Shown in pieces: positions 12,101 through 25,307 of a stretch of 64,000 nucleotides of DNA (positions are counted from its first letter, which is position 1; each line of letters opens with the position of its first letter). The notes under the pieces were generated by a model that was given only the letters and a program-made list of their open reading frames with translations, ran no database searches and was not told the origin of the DNA. This stretch comes from Hyphochytrium catenoides. Lineage: Eukaryota; Protista; Hyphochytriomycota. Location: positions 1 to 64,000 of the forward strand of contig FLMG01001160.1 of assembly GCA_900088475.1 (NCBI GenBank), read 5' to 3'. Made by a program: the position numbers and the translations under genes.

Positions 12101-14203
12101 TCGCCAGTTAAGCTACAAATACCTTTGCTGGGGCATAGGGCACATGTAGGTTGATAGCCCTCTCGACAAGGGGCACACTGCCATGGCTGTGAGGATGTGG
12201 GAGAACCTACAACACCATAGCAGTCCTTATGGACTGCCACACCACAGGTAGAGCAGTCGTACAACGCCTCGGCTTCCCCAGAGCTATTCAGGCATACCGC
12301 ACACGCAGATGCATGACTAACCGAACGGGATTGAGCACTGGCACCGTCATTAGCAGAGGCTTTGGTTGGATTACAGCTTTGAATCGAGCTTCCGGAAGGA
12401 GGTTTGTCGATTTGTGGTTGACTAGCGAGAGGCTTACGCAGATTGGACTCCGCCATGTCTTCTTGTGAGTGACTAGGCTCCATCTTTGCACTATCGCCCT
12501 TAGAATCCTCATACCGTCCGGCGTGAGCTGGACAATAGCTGTAAGACCTAAAGGTCGTCTGTACAAAGCGGTTAAGCCCCAGAGTATACTGCAGGAGATA
12601 ACAGACACGTTTACCGCGTCAAATTGAATGGGTCTTCCCTTCTTCTGAGAACAAGTGACATGGTAGGCTGCCCTGCAAGAGGCCTGAGCGCACTGAATGC
12701 AGGCTCCGCGCTTCTCTTTACAATATAGACAAGTCATCTTCCAGCGAAGAGGGTTGACCCCTTTCTGCAAAGTATTCCATTTTACAGAGATTTACGTTAG
12801 AGACAGCGAAAGTGGCTCTCACAATGCTTATCAACTTCATCAAGGAGAATGCTTGCTTATGGAAACACCTTACCGTTGAAGAGACCTGATCCTTGTTAAT
12901 GACGTCGCCATAGAATAGCTCTGGGATAGCGTCCACACAAGAGATATGAGCCCAATTGCCATCCTCATCTCGCTTCATGGCACCACCTGTAGAGCGGTCG
13001 GTATAGAATTTAGGCAAGCTTGACACTTCATAACCTCTACCACGAGTCGATAGCACTAGTACCGGACCTTGCTCGGTGCAGAGTATGCACTGCTTTGGAT
13101 CCTTATTCGTATATAGGCAAACAGCACACTTCCAGGAACTCTTGCTCTGAGGCACTACTCCGTAGCACGACTCGTGCACTGCCACTCCACAACCAGAGCA
13201 AACATGGACTGGCTCATCATTATCTTCCTCCGCATTCTCCATCCGACAGATATTGCAGAGAGGAGGTGCTTGGGATGGCTCTATGGACGTCGCGGCCCGG
13301 CGGATGTTAGCGATAATAGACAGCTTCTTTTCCTGCTTTAGAGTGAGCGCAAAAAACCGAGGTTAGACCTGGAGCATATGGAGAAATAAAAGGGCTAAAT
13401 GGTGACAGACCTCCAGGGCTGACGTAACCTCCTTGTTTATGACAGTAGCTTCCGGCTGCAAACTTGAACTAAGTTCAAGGGGATGTAAGATAGGCGGTAA
13501 ATGGATGTAAGATATGCGGTAAATGCTAGTAAGGTCGACGAAGCCTTGCAGACGAGTAACCTGTGAGAACTAGTTTGCGGACAATTATGCAGATGGTCCA
13601 TGGTGGCACCGGGTTCGCCAGCTGAGGCTTCGACAGTTGGATTGTCAGGCCCTTGTAATGCCTCAGGCTGCCTGATCGTCTCTGGGTATCCCTTGCTAAT
13701 AGCAACCTCTTCGATATTCTTCCCATCAGCAGCAATACCAAAGACAACCAGAGATTTCTTTCTGGCTGCCTGCAAGATCGTCCGAGAGTCTGCGCGAAGC
13801 TGCTGAGCTGCCTTGTAGTAGATAGTCTCTTCCTTGTTATACAGCTCAGCATTGGCACATAGCAACTCCACATCATGGCTAAGGTCCTCCACAGTCTCGT
13901 ACGCCTTTTTAAGTATTTTCTATGGAACTTGGTCAGGAGATAGGCTCTGGGTATGCGCCTTACTACGGGGACAAACCTTTTTTATGGTGTCTAGACACAT
14001 AGGATGCTTGATCAAGTCATAGTAATCGGGAACCTGTCACTCAATGTCAGTCTCATGATGGCATAACCTGCTGGGGCAGCACTGACCTCTGACTTATCGA
14101 CAGGACGGATAAAGTAGTGATACAAGTCTTTAGCCTCTAAGGCTTTATGCACTTCTAACAGAAACTCCGTCCACAGACGGAGGCTCTCTCCTGTCAGTCT
14201 CAT
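6200..14203 (-). CDS. Large BRPF/JADE-like chromatin reader: bromodomain, four PZP (PHD-Zn knuckle-ePHD) modules, zf-4CXXC_R1-like finger and a terminal ePHD; many exons, 3' end approximate
   Basis: Bromodomain: YFIRPVDKSE..PDYYDLIKHPMCLDTIKK..DVELLCANAELYNKEETIYYKAA. Repeated motifs VAVHxxCYGV..WxCxxC, CxLCxxxGGAMKR..WAHIxC..IPE and GACIQC..CxxAFHxTC at about 13260-12600, 12310-11535, 11080-10190 and 9083-8305. Confidence 0.85.
7419..7507. repeat. Three imperfect copies of a ~27-bp unit (GAGGCATTCTAAGCTAGAGGCGGCAAG) at an intron/exon boundary
   Basis: The GGCATTCT core starts at 7421, 7456 and 7483. Confidence 0.85.
11563..11580. other. Assembly gap (N run) inside the PZP gene
   Basis: Run of n characters. 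Confidence 0.99.
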
Positions 14204-14905
14204 GATGTATAGGTCTACAGAGGCTCCTTAGTGAACTCTAAGGTGTTTCCAGGCTGTGAAGTGCCAGAAATCTCTCTTCTGACGATCTGCTCCCGAGGAC
14301 GTAAGTACTCAAAGATTCAAGAGCCAAGCTGAAAGAGCTTAGACCGAGCACTATGAAGCTCAAGCTACGACTGGACAGACTGAAGTTCGAATTTTGGCGG
14401 GAGTGGAGAGCATTCTTGACAATGCGAATTGACTAAACGTCAGTTATCGACTGTAATAGTAACCTATGCACTGTTACCCGATTAATATAAGCTGTACTGT
14501 AGGCCATATTGTTCTTATGTTAGCTCTAAGGATATTTCACAAATACTGCTTGACAAAGAAGGCCACAATCTGGTCGTTATCAAAGTCAACATGCGCGAGG
14601 TAGGTCAGTACCAAGATAGGCATCATTCTGGTGATGACCGCCGAGCCGACACTTATCATCATCCTCACAATTAAAAGCAAGCAGATAGAGCGAGGAACAG
14701 AGCTTTGCGGCCTCGCACCGGAGATCTCGTTGCCATTGAAGCAGTTCTCGTCAGCCATTGTAGACGCTGTTTAGAAGCTAAAGAGAGCTCTAAGGACATA
14801 CTGGAAGCTCATCTGGGACTGGTGGACTACGCAAAAAGCCCGACTACTGAGAACTAGGTCTTCCATAATCACATTAAGTTGAATGGAAGGCGCGAGCCAC
14901 AGATA

Positions 14906-17900
14906 TCACTGTCTGGGTCTGAAGTGCGAGACTCGGTTTCGGTAAGCCAAGGAAAATCCATACACCGTCTGTCTGAAAGCACGCTCATTCTGTGCGGTAA
15001 AGAGTGCATCAAAAAACTCCATCTTGTTCTGTTCAGTCAGGATACTCTCGGGCACCTTGCTAAGTGCGCGCTGAATCCAAGACTAGCAGTTCATTAGTCA
15101 GTAAAAGCTGAACGTAGAGGGACTATAGGTCCATTCTCCGAGAGCCTACCTGTAACTGATGAGCATCAAATTCGGCTAGCCGCTCTAAGACTCCGCTGAG
15201 AGAGCCATTCCTATCCGACTGCACTCGACTAAGGGGAAGAGCGCCCATCGCTGCATCCATCACTGCATCTACTAAAGCCTCTCCTTCTAGGGAGAGGAGG
15301 TTGGCTACGAAGGGCTGAATACCAATAGTTAGAAATAGCTCTGTGGTACGTGGTCAGGATTTGTCTGGCAGGACACCTACCCGGTATCTCAAGTACTCTG
15401 AGTGTCCTGAAGAGGCAAGGCCCATTTGAATGGTCTTTATAATACACATATTCATCAGTGGGGGGAATTATGGACATCATAGGGCGGTGAAAGTATACGT
15501 ACCGTCTCGATGCAAGTTAGCACAGCCTTGTTTGCGTCCTGATGCTGCACCTGCAGGCCCATTGTGGCGGACTACCGGACGATGGTGTTTAGACGCGCGA
15601 AACATCAATGTTACCGAGTAGGACCTACCCTAACAACGGAGCGCAGAAGGTCTGTTTGCAACAGTGGCTCCCGTAAGTGCTTCACTGCTCGTTCTATGAG
15701 GTAGAAGAACTCTTCGACCACATCAGGGTGATTGGTGAACGCATCTAAGTCCTGCATAGTAGAAGACACTTGTGACAAGGTTCGTTTAACTACTGCAGCC
15801 CAGTCACGGTTACCTTCAGGAGCGAAAACGTCAATTTTGCCAAATCCCCTACGGCACTCATCAATAGAGGTTTATAGCTCTCAACGCCAGCAAACTCTGA
15901 AATACAGATACTGGCGCAATATAAATATGAAGAGACCGGAAAGCGACCGTATGATTGCACCAAGAGGGCTGCTAATGGCTCCAGCAAGGGTGCAAAGTGG
16001 TGCCTACAGGCGCGAACCGAGTGCTTGAATAGCCGACAGAGGTCTTCTATTACCGTTCCATTTGACCTATAGACCACGCAGATCTGGAAGGCAAGCGTTT
16101 GGATCAGGCGGCAGATACCCACCCGCAATGAATTAGACGAGTGCGTTACCTGTTCAAACAAAGGCCACATTTCTCTCATGATAAGGACCGTTGGGTGAGT
16201 CTGAGGTGGCACCACAGCAGGTGCAGCGTTCCCCAGAATGGCTGTCAGCCTTCTCAAATCATCAATAATATCCTTATTAGTCCCTGTAGAGGATTCACCA
16301 AGGAGGACTCCTAGCCGCCTTGCGATCGGTCCCACAAGATGACGTAAGGCTCCTTCAGCTGCCCTGACGTCAACCCGTGATAACACCTTTAAAGAAGCAC
16401 GTCAACAGGTAAGCCCTTAATCGCGTGCTTATATATTCCGAAAGCTTTCAGACCTGTACTAGTCCTTCCAAGAGCTCGACTTCATCTCGTAGCTGCATCG
16501 TAGGTGCTTGATCATAAATCTGAAGTACCCCTTCCCCCAAAAGGTGACCTTGAAATAAAAACGGTCAGGCCCGCTATAGGGAGTAACGCCTATTAAACTC
16601 CCTTACCACAGTCGCGGCAGAGGGACTTGACGGCCATGGCGGAGGCCGAGGACACCATCCAAAGTTTGTCCGTAATGGGTATCCCATGTAGGACGTAGTT
16701 GAAGAGTGGCAGTAGACCCTGGCTGTGCTTTTCTATCCACTCTGAGTATCTCCCAATGACTAGCGTGGCGGTGTAACTGGGAACCCCAGGGAATAGTGCT
16801 TTAGCCGTTGCAGGATCAGGACCATATGATGACTGGTACTTACCGCACAGGAAGCTCTGTTGGCAGTTGTGGAATAAGGGAAAATAATTGAGGAAGGACC
16901 TCTGATTCCTCCCTAGGCACCACTCGGGCTATGCAGCGGACACCATACAAAGCCGCCTCAATGCCCATCCACTTCTGCGTCTTAACACAGATTGTAAGCA
17001 GTACACTGCCTTGCATGGACCATTGCTAGGGACTTACCCTGCCATGCTCTTCCAGTCCTTGCCGAAGTTTCGTCAAGCAACAGCTAAGAGTCCTTGTAGC
17101 ACCAAGCACGTCTGCGCAATCCAATAGTGCGTCTCCCATCTATGAGTGTACCTCGAGTGTGAGGACTCACAAGAGTGCAGGATAAACTAGGTCCCACCTG
17201 CGTCCGAAAATGCCGAAAGTCATCATGCTTATCCGCCTTCCACTTATCGACGTCTTCAGGATATTCCAGCATTTCCATGCCTAAAAGTAAGGCAAGTGGC
17301 AACGAAATCGGTCAAATCCTGGACTTGAGGTTAATGCATGTTGCTCACATACAGATGCCCTCCAGTCTATCAATCACTGGCCAGAAAAGAGACATCCGAC
17401 TGGCCTTCGTCCGTTCGTCGAAGTTGCGGACGTAACCCAGCAGGTGGAACCAAAAGTTGAGCGTCATCTCGGATATGTCTGACGTGAAAGTTTGTAGGAT
17501 GACACGAAAGCGTGTAGTGGATCGTCAGACTACAGAAAAATGGGTGTGTTTACACCGTAAAGCCAGCCAACCTGACTCTGGATGTGACGTGCACTGCAGC
17601 ATGAGATCCAATATTTGCCCTTGCTGAACATCGCGATCTCCTGTCGCCGTTGAAAGTTGTCACCCACGTCGTCTTGTTCAGACTCAATATAACGATACGT
17701 ACCGATGATGAGCAGGATATAAGACTCCGCCATTTCTGTGAATATTCTACACAGCCCTCTGCAGGTGTCATAGTCCTCAATGCCAGCCGCCTCCACATAC
17801 ATACCCTTCAACTGCATGATCCGAGGTACTACAAAGCTAATCACCTGCCTTGCGGTTTAGACGCATATCTAACCTAGACAGTATGGTAACGAGATCTACC

Positions 17901-18993
17901 GCTGAAGAGCTTTCGACATCCTCGTATGCTCGTAGGACCGAGACTATGGCATCAACAGCGTCGTCAAAGAGGTCATCCGATGACATTGCGTCAAACATCC
18001 CGGGCAATAGAGGGTTTCTTGCCATCTCGTCTGGCGAAGCTCCTTGAGTTAGTAGATAGATTATTATAAGTGCAAGGAAGAGAAAGGTATTTTGTGCACC
18101 TGGTGCGATCAGACCGCCTGCAATCCAACTGGAGACACTTCTTAGGACTTGGGACTGAATGGCAGGACTGCTTCCTTCTTTCTGCATTAGCTCTGTTCGT
18201 GTTCTTGATGAGCTTATTTGATGAAGAGCAACATGCATCATCTCTCACCAACAAACAGACCCAAGACGCTGGGAGAAGACTGCAGGAACTCCCTATGCAG
18301 AACGTCCCCCCTTTCCCCAGGGACAGTGCTTGCCTCCTCGGGAAGGATAGATAGTACCTCCAGCAGTGCAAAGCTAGTACCTTGTGATGAAGCTATTTTA
18401 ATGCTTTTTCACTCTATGTCCGCAGTTTACCAGTTAGGCAGTAGCATACCATTCTGACTCATGAATGTCTTTACGATGTCAGGAATGACGCCCGTCCAGT
18501 TCTCCATCTGTACTGCTAGCTTAGCAAGGGCCACACACAGTCTTGTTATGGTCGCTCTTGTGCTGCAGGGCTGTTAGACGGACAAAGCTTCATCAAGTGA
18601 CAAGGAAAAAATAATTACCTGTTTCTAAGTCGAAGGATATGACCGACTAATGAGTCCCTTAAAGACCCAAGTGCTGTGGGCGGTAGCTCTGCCATGTCAT
18701 ACTTTATCTTGGTGTGAAGCGTCTGGGCGGCAAAGTAATGCACGAAGTCGGGTACCGGATCCAGGAAGAGGAGTTGGTCCGCGATCTGGGGACAGAGTGT
18801 AAGAATACCGCTACCACCACACAACCTTGGGCAGGAGCCACTGGCTTACCTGCCAGGCCTCAACCGTGTTTTGAAAGCGGTGAAGAAAGGTGTCGGCTTC
18901 ATGTTTCATCTGAGGGTCGGCATTCGTATAAAGAACGACCAGGGCATTCTGCACCTGCTGGATTAGGCCAGGTTGTCCCCCGTCGCTGCTCAT
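14906..18993 (-). CDS. TNPO3: Transportin-3 / Mtr10 / MOS14-like importin-beta family protein, multi-exon
   Basis: N-terminus VQNALVVLYTNADPQMKHEADTFLHRFQNTVEAWQ..YFAAQTLHTKIKYDMAELP..LGSLRDSL. Further motifs CRGLCRIFTEMAESY, ISEMTLNFWFHL, HPTVLIMREMWPLF, CRLFKHSVR, SSYLYCASICISEF and TNHPDVVEEFF. Stop at 14906-14908. Confidence 0.85.
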
Positions 18994-19440
18994 CCTGACC
19001 TCCACTACCTAACAACGGACGACCTACAGCAACACCGGATGCATATGCGCAAACGCTTACTTCTCTAGATGTGCCACGGCTTTGGTGTCGACTGCCTTTC
19101 CTATGCAAGAAAGGATAGACCCGCTTCCACTTGGGCTTTGGTTAGAAGGTATACAAGTAGTGGAGATGAAGCCATGAAGCCGTGATGCCATGTGATAGTT
19201 CTCACTCAGTAGCCAGAATAATAGATCTATGAAGTGCTTGAACAAGATTCTCGTGCCGTGCCACCCTCCATTCTGACCCCCCCCTGGAGTTTGAGAGAGG
19301 TATTTTCCACGCATCCTGAAGAGATATTATTTTCCATGCATCCTGAAGAGACACAAGATAGTTGATCATTGAGCGCTTGAATAATAAATCCTTGGTCCCA
19401 GTCCGAGCGTCTTGTGAGACATCACAGACCGAGCTTCAGC

Positions 19441-19560
19441 CAGCCCAAGCTCCATTAGTAGCAGCCAGACCGAGCTCCATTAGTAGCAGCCAGACCGAGC
19501 TCCATTAGTAGCAGCCAGACCGAGCTCCATTAGTAGCAGCCAGACCGAGCTCCATTAATA
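19441..19560. repeat. 25-bp minisatellite (CAGACCGAGCTCCATTAGTAGCAGC), about 4.7 copies
   Basis: Units start at 19441 (variant), 19466, 19491, 19516 and 19541 (partial). A separate ~24-bp direct repeat (TATTTTCCAYGCATCCTGAAGAGA) lies at about 19301-19351. Confidence 0.95.
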
Positions 19561-20695
19561 GCCCTCATGAATGGGACACTGCCTGGAGGTGGGCAGCACA
19601 TACAGCTATCGCTACAAGCTGCTGATTATAAGGTTAAACTCTTCGTCCCAGAACTATGCTCTCATACTCATGATTGAAGTGGACTCGGCGATCATGAATA
19701 GAGTAACTACTTTGACCTCGCTTCCTGGCGCTGACTGACTGCGTTGTGGGGGCAGTTGGAAGAGCAGTCATAGACCAGTCCGAGTTGACGGATAAGCTCT
19801 GAAAGGGTAATCCCCACTATGAAGAACCATGTGCACAGGACTCCTTCTTCTTTCCACCTTCACGAAGGAAGAACCCTTCGCGTCTTGTATTGTTGCACGA
19901 AGTACAGGAAAGTAGAAGTGATGTCAAACTCCGAAAGTCTCAATAGACGAGGAAGAGAGAGAGAAGAGAAGAGGTTAAAAAAGGAAGCCGATCTCCAAAA
20001 GGTACCAGGCTTATCTTATTGGACATATCCTACGGCTGAACGGCGTTATGAAGAGTTGTTGAAGTGGCCTCATCGGAATGATTAGCGTTCCACCAAATGA
20101 GATCTCCATCCCGGCGACAGATGAAATAACGGCTCTCTGCGTCATCTTTGCGTCCCTACCTGGTTTTGCTATCGCTTTTCATGGCTAGTAGAAAGTCGCA
20201 TTATGCTTCCTCTTCTGGCAGAGCTTCCATTTAGCTAATCCAACCCTGAAAAGCGCGGTAACATTTACAGGGCCATTAGATAGAGATAGGCAACCTACCT
20301 TGTTGCTCTTGCCGGGAGGATGGACAGCTGGCGATAGCAACTATAAGAAGTAGCTCCCCTGGAAAGGGCACCCATTGTGGCTCATATTCAGTAAGAGCAA
20401 CAAAGTGGACACTGGCAAGACCATTACGACGCAGGATAGGCTGACACTACCATCAGAGTGAAACATCGTTTATGGACTGTAATATCATTATACAAACAGA
20501 GCAGACTTGCCCACTTTGCTCCGTAGCTTCCATAGGGATAACGACGAGAGACAGGAACAGCCCCGTTACCAAGGACTGCGCTATGGACATTTCTGGTATG
20601 ATGGACTCAGTGCCAATAAATAATGGAGGGCAACCTAATAGGTAGAACAACGGCAGATCACTAGAAAAGGAGAGTTGTCTGGAAGCGCCTATCAA

Positions 20696-21865
20696 TCAAT
20701 AATAGTATCGATTGGCAGGATCGACGTTGGCTGTGAATTGCAGTTCCTTTGCATCCTCAATGGCAGCAACCGCACTACCGTCACAATCCTCCTCACGCTG
20801 ACTGCTTGCAGCCATATCGGTTCCAACATCGGGTCCACCACCACTGAGCTTGCCTGAATAGTGCTGAAGGCATTGGCCTTGGACCTTGGCAAAATAACTG
20901 CAGTCAGTCACCATGCAGAAGGTCACGGTAACCTGCGCATGTGCATTGCACATTCCCCTCGTCTTTGCTACTTTCTCACAGCCGCCGACTGCACAGAGAG
21001 GAATCTTCTCTTCCTTTGTTTCAACATGTGCTTGGCCAATGCTCCTCTTGCGCTTCCTGATCGCTGGCGAAGCAGCTCGCTTCGCCTCGCTAGAACTTCC
21101 GTGTCCAATGCATACCCCACCACGTTTTGCAACCTTGGTGCAGTTTTCGACCTTGCAGGTCTTTATGGTTGCACCATGGGAGATGCAAACACCGCCTCTT
21201 ACACTGCCCTTTACGCAGTCTGGCATACTGCAGCGCTTTACCTTCGCCCCATGCGCCTTGCAGACCCCTTGTCGAACAGCATACTTTCCGCATCCTTCCA
21301 TTTTGCATCTAATAACCTTCACTTTGGCTCCGTGAGATACACAAATGCCTCCTTTCCTGGCGTACTTGCTGCATCCTTCTACGCTGCATCTCCGTATGGG
21401 TTTCTTTCCATCACATTTGCTATTAGTGCCAAGAGGAGAAGCACTTTTGCAGGATTCGCTACTTAAAGATTTTTTACAGATGTCGATGTCCGCTGTTGAG
21501 GTCGCCTTCTTCATCACGGCACTAATGGCGGGCAGTTCTTTGGTGTTGCCGGCAAGCTTGGTTTTGAGAGCGGGTAGAGTGACTGCGCCCGTTGACGCGG
21601 GCCCAGCTGTTTTGCTGCCTGAGACAGCTGACACAAGGCTCTTTAGCACTTGAGCCGCTTGAATCTCCCTATTTAGCGTTGCTATGCTGGGAAGGAAGGT
21701 TCCCTGGCCACGCAAAGAAGGAGAAGTCGGAAAAACAGCGCGAGGAGGCATTGTCGAAAGACTCATGGCCTCTGCGCGGGTAGAACTAGAACTCGGTGAC
21801 AGCTTGAAAGGGGTGCTCGGCTTCGCATTTGCGGGGAAGTCCGTTTTTGGAGAGGAGAGAAGCAT
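20696..21865 (-). CDS. WRKY19-like Cys/His-repeat protein, single exon
   Basis: Six repeats such as CSVEGCSKYARKGGICVSHG, CKMEGCGKYAVRQGVCKAHG, CSMPDCVKGSVRGGVCISHG and CKVENCTKVAKRGGVCIGHG. ATG at 21865. Confidence 0.85.
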   Translation of the reverse strand: MLLSSPKTDFPANAKPSTPFKLSPSSSSTRAEAMSLSTMPPRAVFPTSPSLRGQGTFLPSIATLNREIQAAQVLKSLVSAVSGSKTAGPASTGAVTLPALKTKLAGNTKELPAISAVMKKATSTADIDICKKSLSSESCKSASPLGTNSKCDGKKPIRRCSVEGCSKYARKGGICVSHGAKVKVIRCKMEGCGKYAVRQGVCKAHGAKVKRCSMPDCVKGSVRGGVCISHGATIKTCKVENCTKVAKRGGVCIGHGSSSEAKRAASPAIRKRKRSIGQAHVETKEEKIPLCAVGGCEKVAKTRGMCNAHAQVTVTFCMVTDCSYFAKVQGQCLQHYSGKLSGGGPDVGTDMAASSQREEDCDGSAVAAIEDAKELQFTANVDPANRYYY

Positions 21866-24800
21866 CACCGCTTCTCTCCTACTATTGGATAGATCTGTCT
21901 TGGGGATTGTAGTGTCTCACTGATGCGCAGCAGAAGGTTTGTTGTGCTGCTCTTGGATAGACAACTCGATAAGCAAGAATACACAGCCGAGCAAGAGAAA
22001 GCTGCATCAGCTTTGGAGCCCAGAGGAAGAGAAGAAGTTCCCGCTAATCCTTCCGAAGTTGGAGGCAAATGACACTGTGCATGCCTCCAATGAGGATTGC
22101 AGCAGAGTCCGCGCACGACAAGGCAGTTCTTGCTCTTTCCTGACGCCTTGTTGTTGCAGGCCCACACCTAAAGACAAGTTATGCTGGCGGCAAGACGCAT
22201 GGAAGCCCATTAAAATGCACGACAACAGTCTTGTCAACTGAGACCTCTTCCCCCAGACCGTACCGTACCACATGAGCAGTGCGAAAGCGATTGGGAGAGG
22301 TCCGACTACAGGAAGGGGAGGAAAAGTAAAGGAGCGTGATAAAAGAGCGAGGAAAAAGGGGTCGGCACAGGAAGCCAGCTGAAGAAGGAAGATGGCTGGT
22401 TCACTGTGCACAAGTGTGGCTGGAGACACTCCAGGCCTATCTACAGCGTCCAGCGTGAGCCCGATGTGAGGGAGAAGGAAAGTCTCTAACGAGAGGAGGG
22501 GAAGGGGCCAAAAGAGCTGCACGAAATGTAGAGCAATCAAGCCATCACTGGATAGCATGTCGTGACACCTAAATGGGAAACGGGATTGACAGTCCTACGA
22601 AGCCCTTGTTAATATTCGCATGTCCATGTTGGATGAGACACCCAACCACTGCTTTAAGGCTGCCATTGAACCATTATCAGAGCCACAATGAGGGCACGGC
22701 CAAGGAAGAATATGGTCTTCTTTGAACAGGAACTCGTAGGGACTCCAACCTCTTCTCCCTTCTGCTCAATAACTTTCTCTTTCCCTCCTTCCCTCAGCCC
22801 TGTTCTCTCTCTGCTGGTTGAACAGCTTCAAGTCCCCCATTCGAGTGCCCAGTCGACCTGCATGTCTGGGACTCAAGGCCCAACCTCGACCAGCACATTG
22901 TCCGCCTCCCTGGGAAAGGTTGGACATTGTTCTTTTTACCTCAGCAGAAGGGTGAGACGATCTCCTTGGTCGGGCTCATGGCTAGAACTCTAGGACAGGC
23001 CACTCTGTTGATTGAGGCACTTCTGCTGTGTGGTCCGATCCTTTTCTAAGGGAGAAATCAAGCGACTTTCCTCTGGACTGTGAAGCCTTTCTGCCGTTCT
23101 CTATATCTCTTTCCTGATTTAATTCGGTGTTCTCAAACCCTTTTTCACTCTGTTTCGTAGTTGGGGGGGAGGAACTTTCTTTATGTTTGAGGTTTCTGCA
23201 AGACCTGTAAAGTGAAAGGAAGAAATTATTTCCCGTCAAGAGCTGTCCATGAGATGATTGTCTCTCGGCCCTACAATATTCACATATTCTGCAAATGCCT
23301 AGATTGGCTCGTGGACTATCGACTTCTCAATAACAGTGAACCTATAATCTGTGTTTTGTCTTTGTTTCTTAGTCCCATAACTGACGCATATATGATGCCT
23401 CCATATTGACTTATTTGTGAGGTCAGGGCAAGAGCCATGTACGCCCATCATCCTGCACGTCCTGCTGTCCAACTGAGCTACTACTACTACTACTACAGGC
23501 TCGTGACTACACTGTACATGTACTTCATTTGTGTAGGAACTAGTAGGAAGTAAGAACTAAAGTTCCCAAGAAAGAACAGCTTGTCATAAAGGCTTTACCT
23601 CTTTTTGGTGGGAGGTTCACATTTCTACGAATAATAAGGCTGGCTACAGTATTCCATTGGCTGGCTAACTAACCGCATCATCCTTCCCGCCAATAAATAT
23701 TGGTGCGTTGAAGAGACATGACCATAGAACAACAGTTATGAGAGCACGACTACCAGGAAGACGAGGGGAGCCAATGAACGCGTTAGTTCCTAGAGGGTTA
23801 AAAACGGCATCGTCACTACTCACGATGAATCTTCACAAGGTAAGCTCATTATTCATAGGGAATATATATTCAGTAAGATCCATCACGGAATCAAGCTGAT
23901 GGTGCAGTATCTATGACTGCCGCTATATGCAGTGGCCACAGCAAGGTGATCACATGTGGCACTTGGACTGCTGTTGGCACTGTAAGACTTCGGTTAGCAT
24001 GAGAGTGCACTGAGCTAGTGGTCTCCTGACCATGCTGTGTAACTGGTGCTGCGTGATGCACGTAAGCTTTCTATCTCATATATGGCATCTACTTCCGGGC
24101 ATGACGTTGTCCTTGTGATTGAAGAGGGGCAAGGCAGCAACTCAAGTTTCCATGTAGGAGAGGGCTAGCGATGGGTTAGATTGTTTGATCTTAATAGCGG
24201 CACGCTACTGTTATATTCTGCTGAATGGAGTTGCTCATGACCATACGACAGTGGCATTGACTCTGAGAGCTCGCCTCCTGCGAATCTTTGTTGGTAGCTC
24301 TAAGTATTTATTCAGACCATCGAATCTGTACGGCCACCCTTCTGTGGATGGGTATTCCTGGCGAGGGCCTCCCTTGCTGCTTGTTCGCTGTGGTTGATAG
24401 CAGCGATACTTAGGAAGAGCTGCCCAGAGCGATCGAAAAACTGAGAGAATGCTTGAGGGTCGACTGATACGTCCTACTTCTAATTGGCCTAACAATCATG
24501 ACTGGAAACGGTATTCAGTCCTAATGGCTGGCAGCTTCCGCTACCTGTAAGAAAACTTGCCTCCTAGCAAATGCTCCTTCTTCGACGCAACCATTCAAAC
24601 CTTGAAAGGCTTCTCAGGCTGGACCTTACCCTAGGCCACTGACCTTGTGGACACATGTGGACACATTGGTTAGGTTCGATATGGGAGTAGCATCTCCAGT
24701 AATGGTAGGTTGAACAGAGGTAGGATGACATATTACGAAGCAACTGAAGAAGGTTGGCCGACCATTGCAGTGGGGGACTTATGGCCAAGGATATCGCCAT

Positions 24801-25307
24801 GCCACTTTGATGCTTCAATGCCAAAATAAGGCAGGTCATGAGCTATAAGCGTGGTCGTATCGCTAGGATGCTGCTAGTGTGACCTCTCACCACAAAATGG
24901 GCCGATAGCACTGATGGTATAGCACATCGGTAGACAGAGACGGTAGCTGAATAGTATCTGATTATTGGGTGAAATGACCCTGAGTGTCAAAGGAAGACCA
25001 CATTTGAATTCTCGTTCGTCTCATCCTCCCGCTCGTCTGGCTTTTCTTTTTTTAGGGTGCTTGACAGCTACGCAGAAAGGCTGGGGATCACTTTAGCCAA
25101 GGTAAAGGCATAGCCACCAAGGACCCTCGTCTACACGACGAACCCCTTAAAGGCTGTCCCGCTACTATCAAAGCAGCAGAGTATGGAAGTGCCACCCTTT
25201 CCTTTCGAGTAAGCACGCAAGGCCGAGGAAACCATGTCATTTTGAGAGAAAGGCTTAAAAGGTGAGCCCTGTGAAATCAAGAGTGGTTCGGAGCTCGTAG
25301 CTTCTAC

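Noticed and set aside
14045-14207. 16-bp repeat TGTCAGTCTCATGATG at the PZP gene start and in intron 1
   Set aside because: It is short and contains the common branch-point-like CTGAC on the coding strand. No function can be supported, although it leaves the true start slightly uncertain.
14906-18993. Importin-beta family gene near DGCR8 as a possible exportin-5 (miRNA export) cluster member
   Set aside because: The motifs match transportin-3/Mtr10 rather than exportin-5, and gene proximity in eukaryotes is weak evidence of shared function.
19441-19560. CRISPR-like repeat array
   Set aside because: The units are directly adjacent with no unique spacers, the context is eukaryotic, and there are no cas genes.
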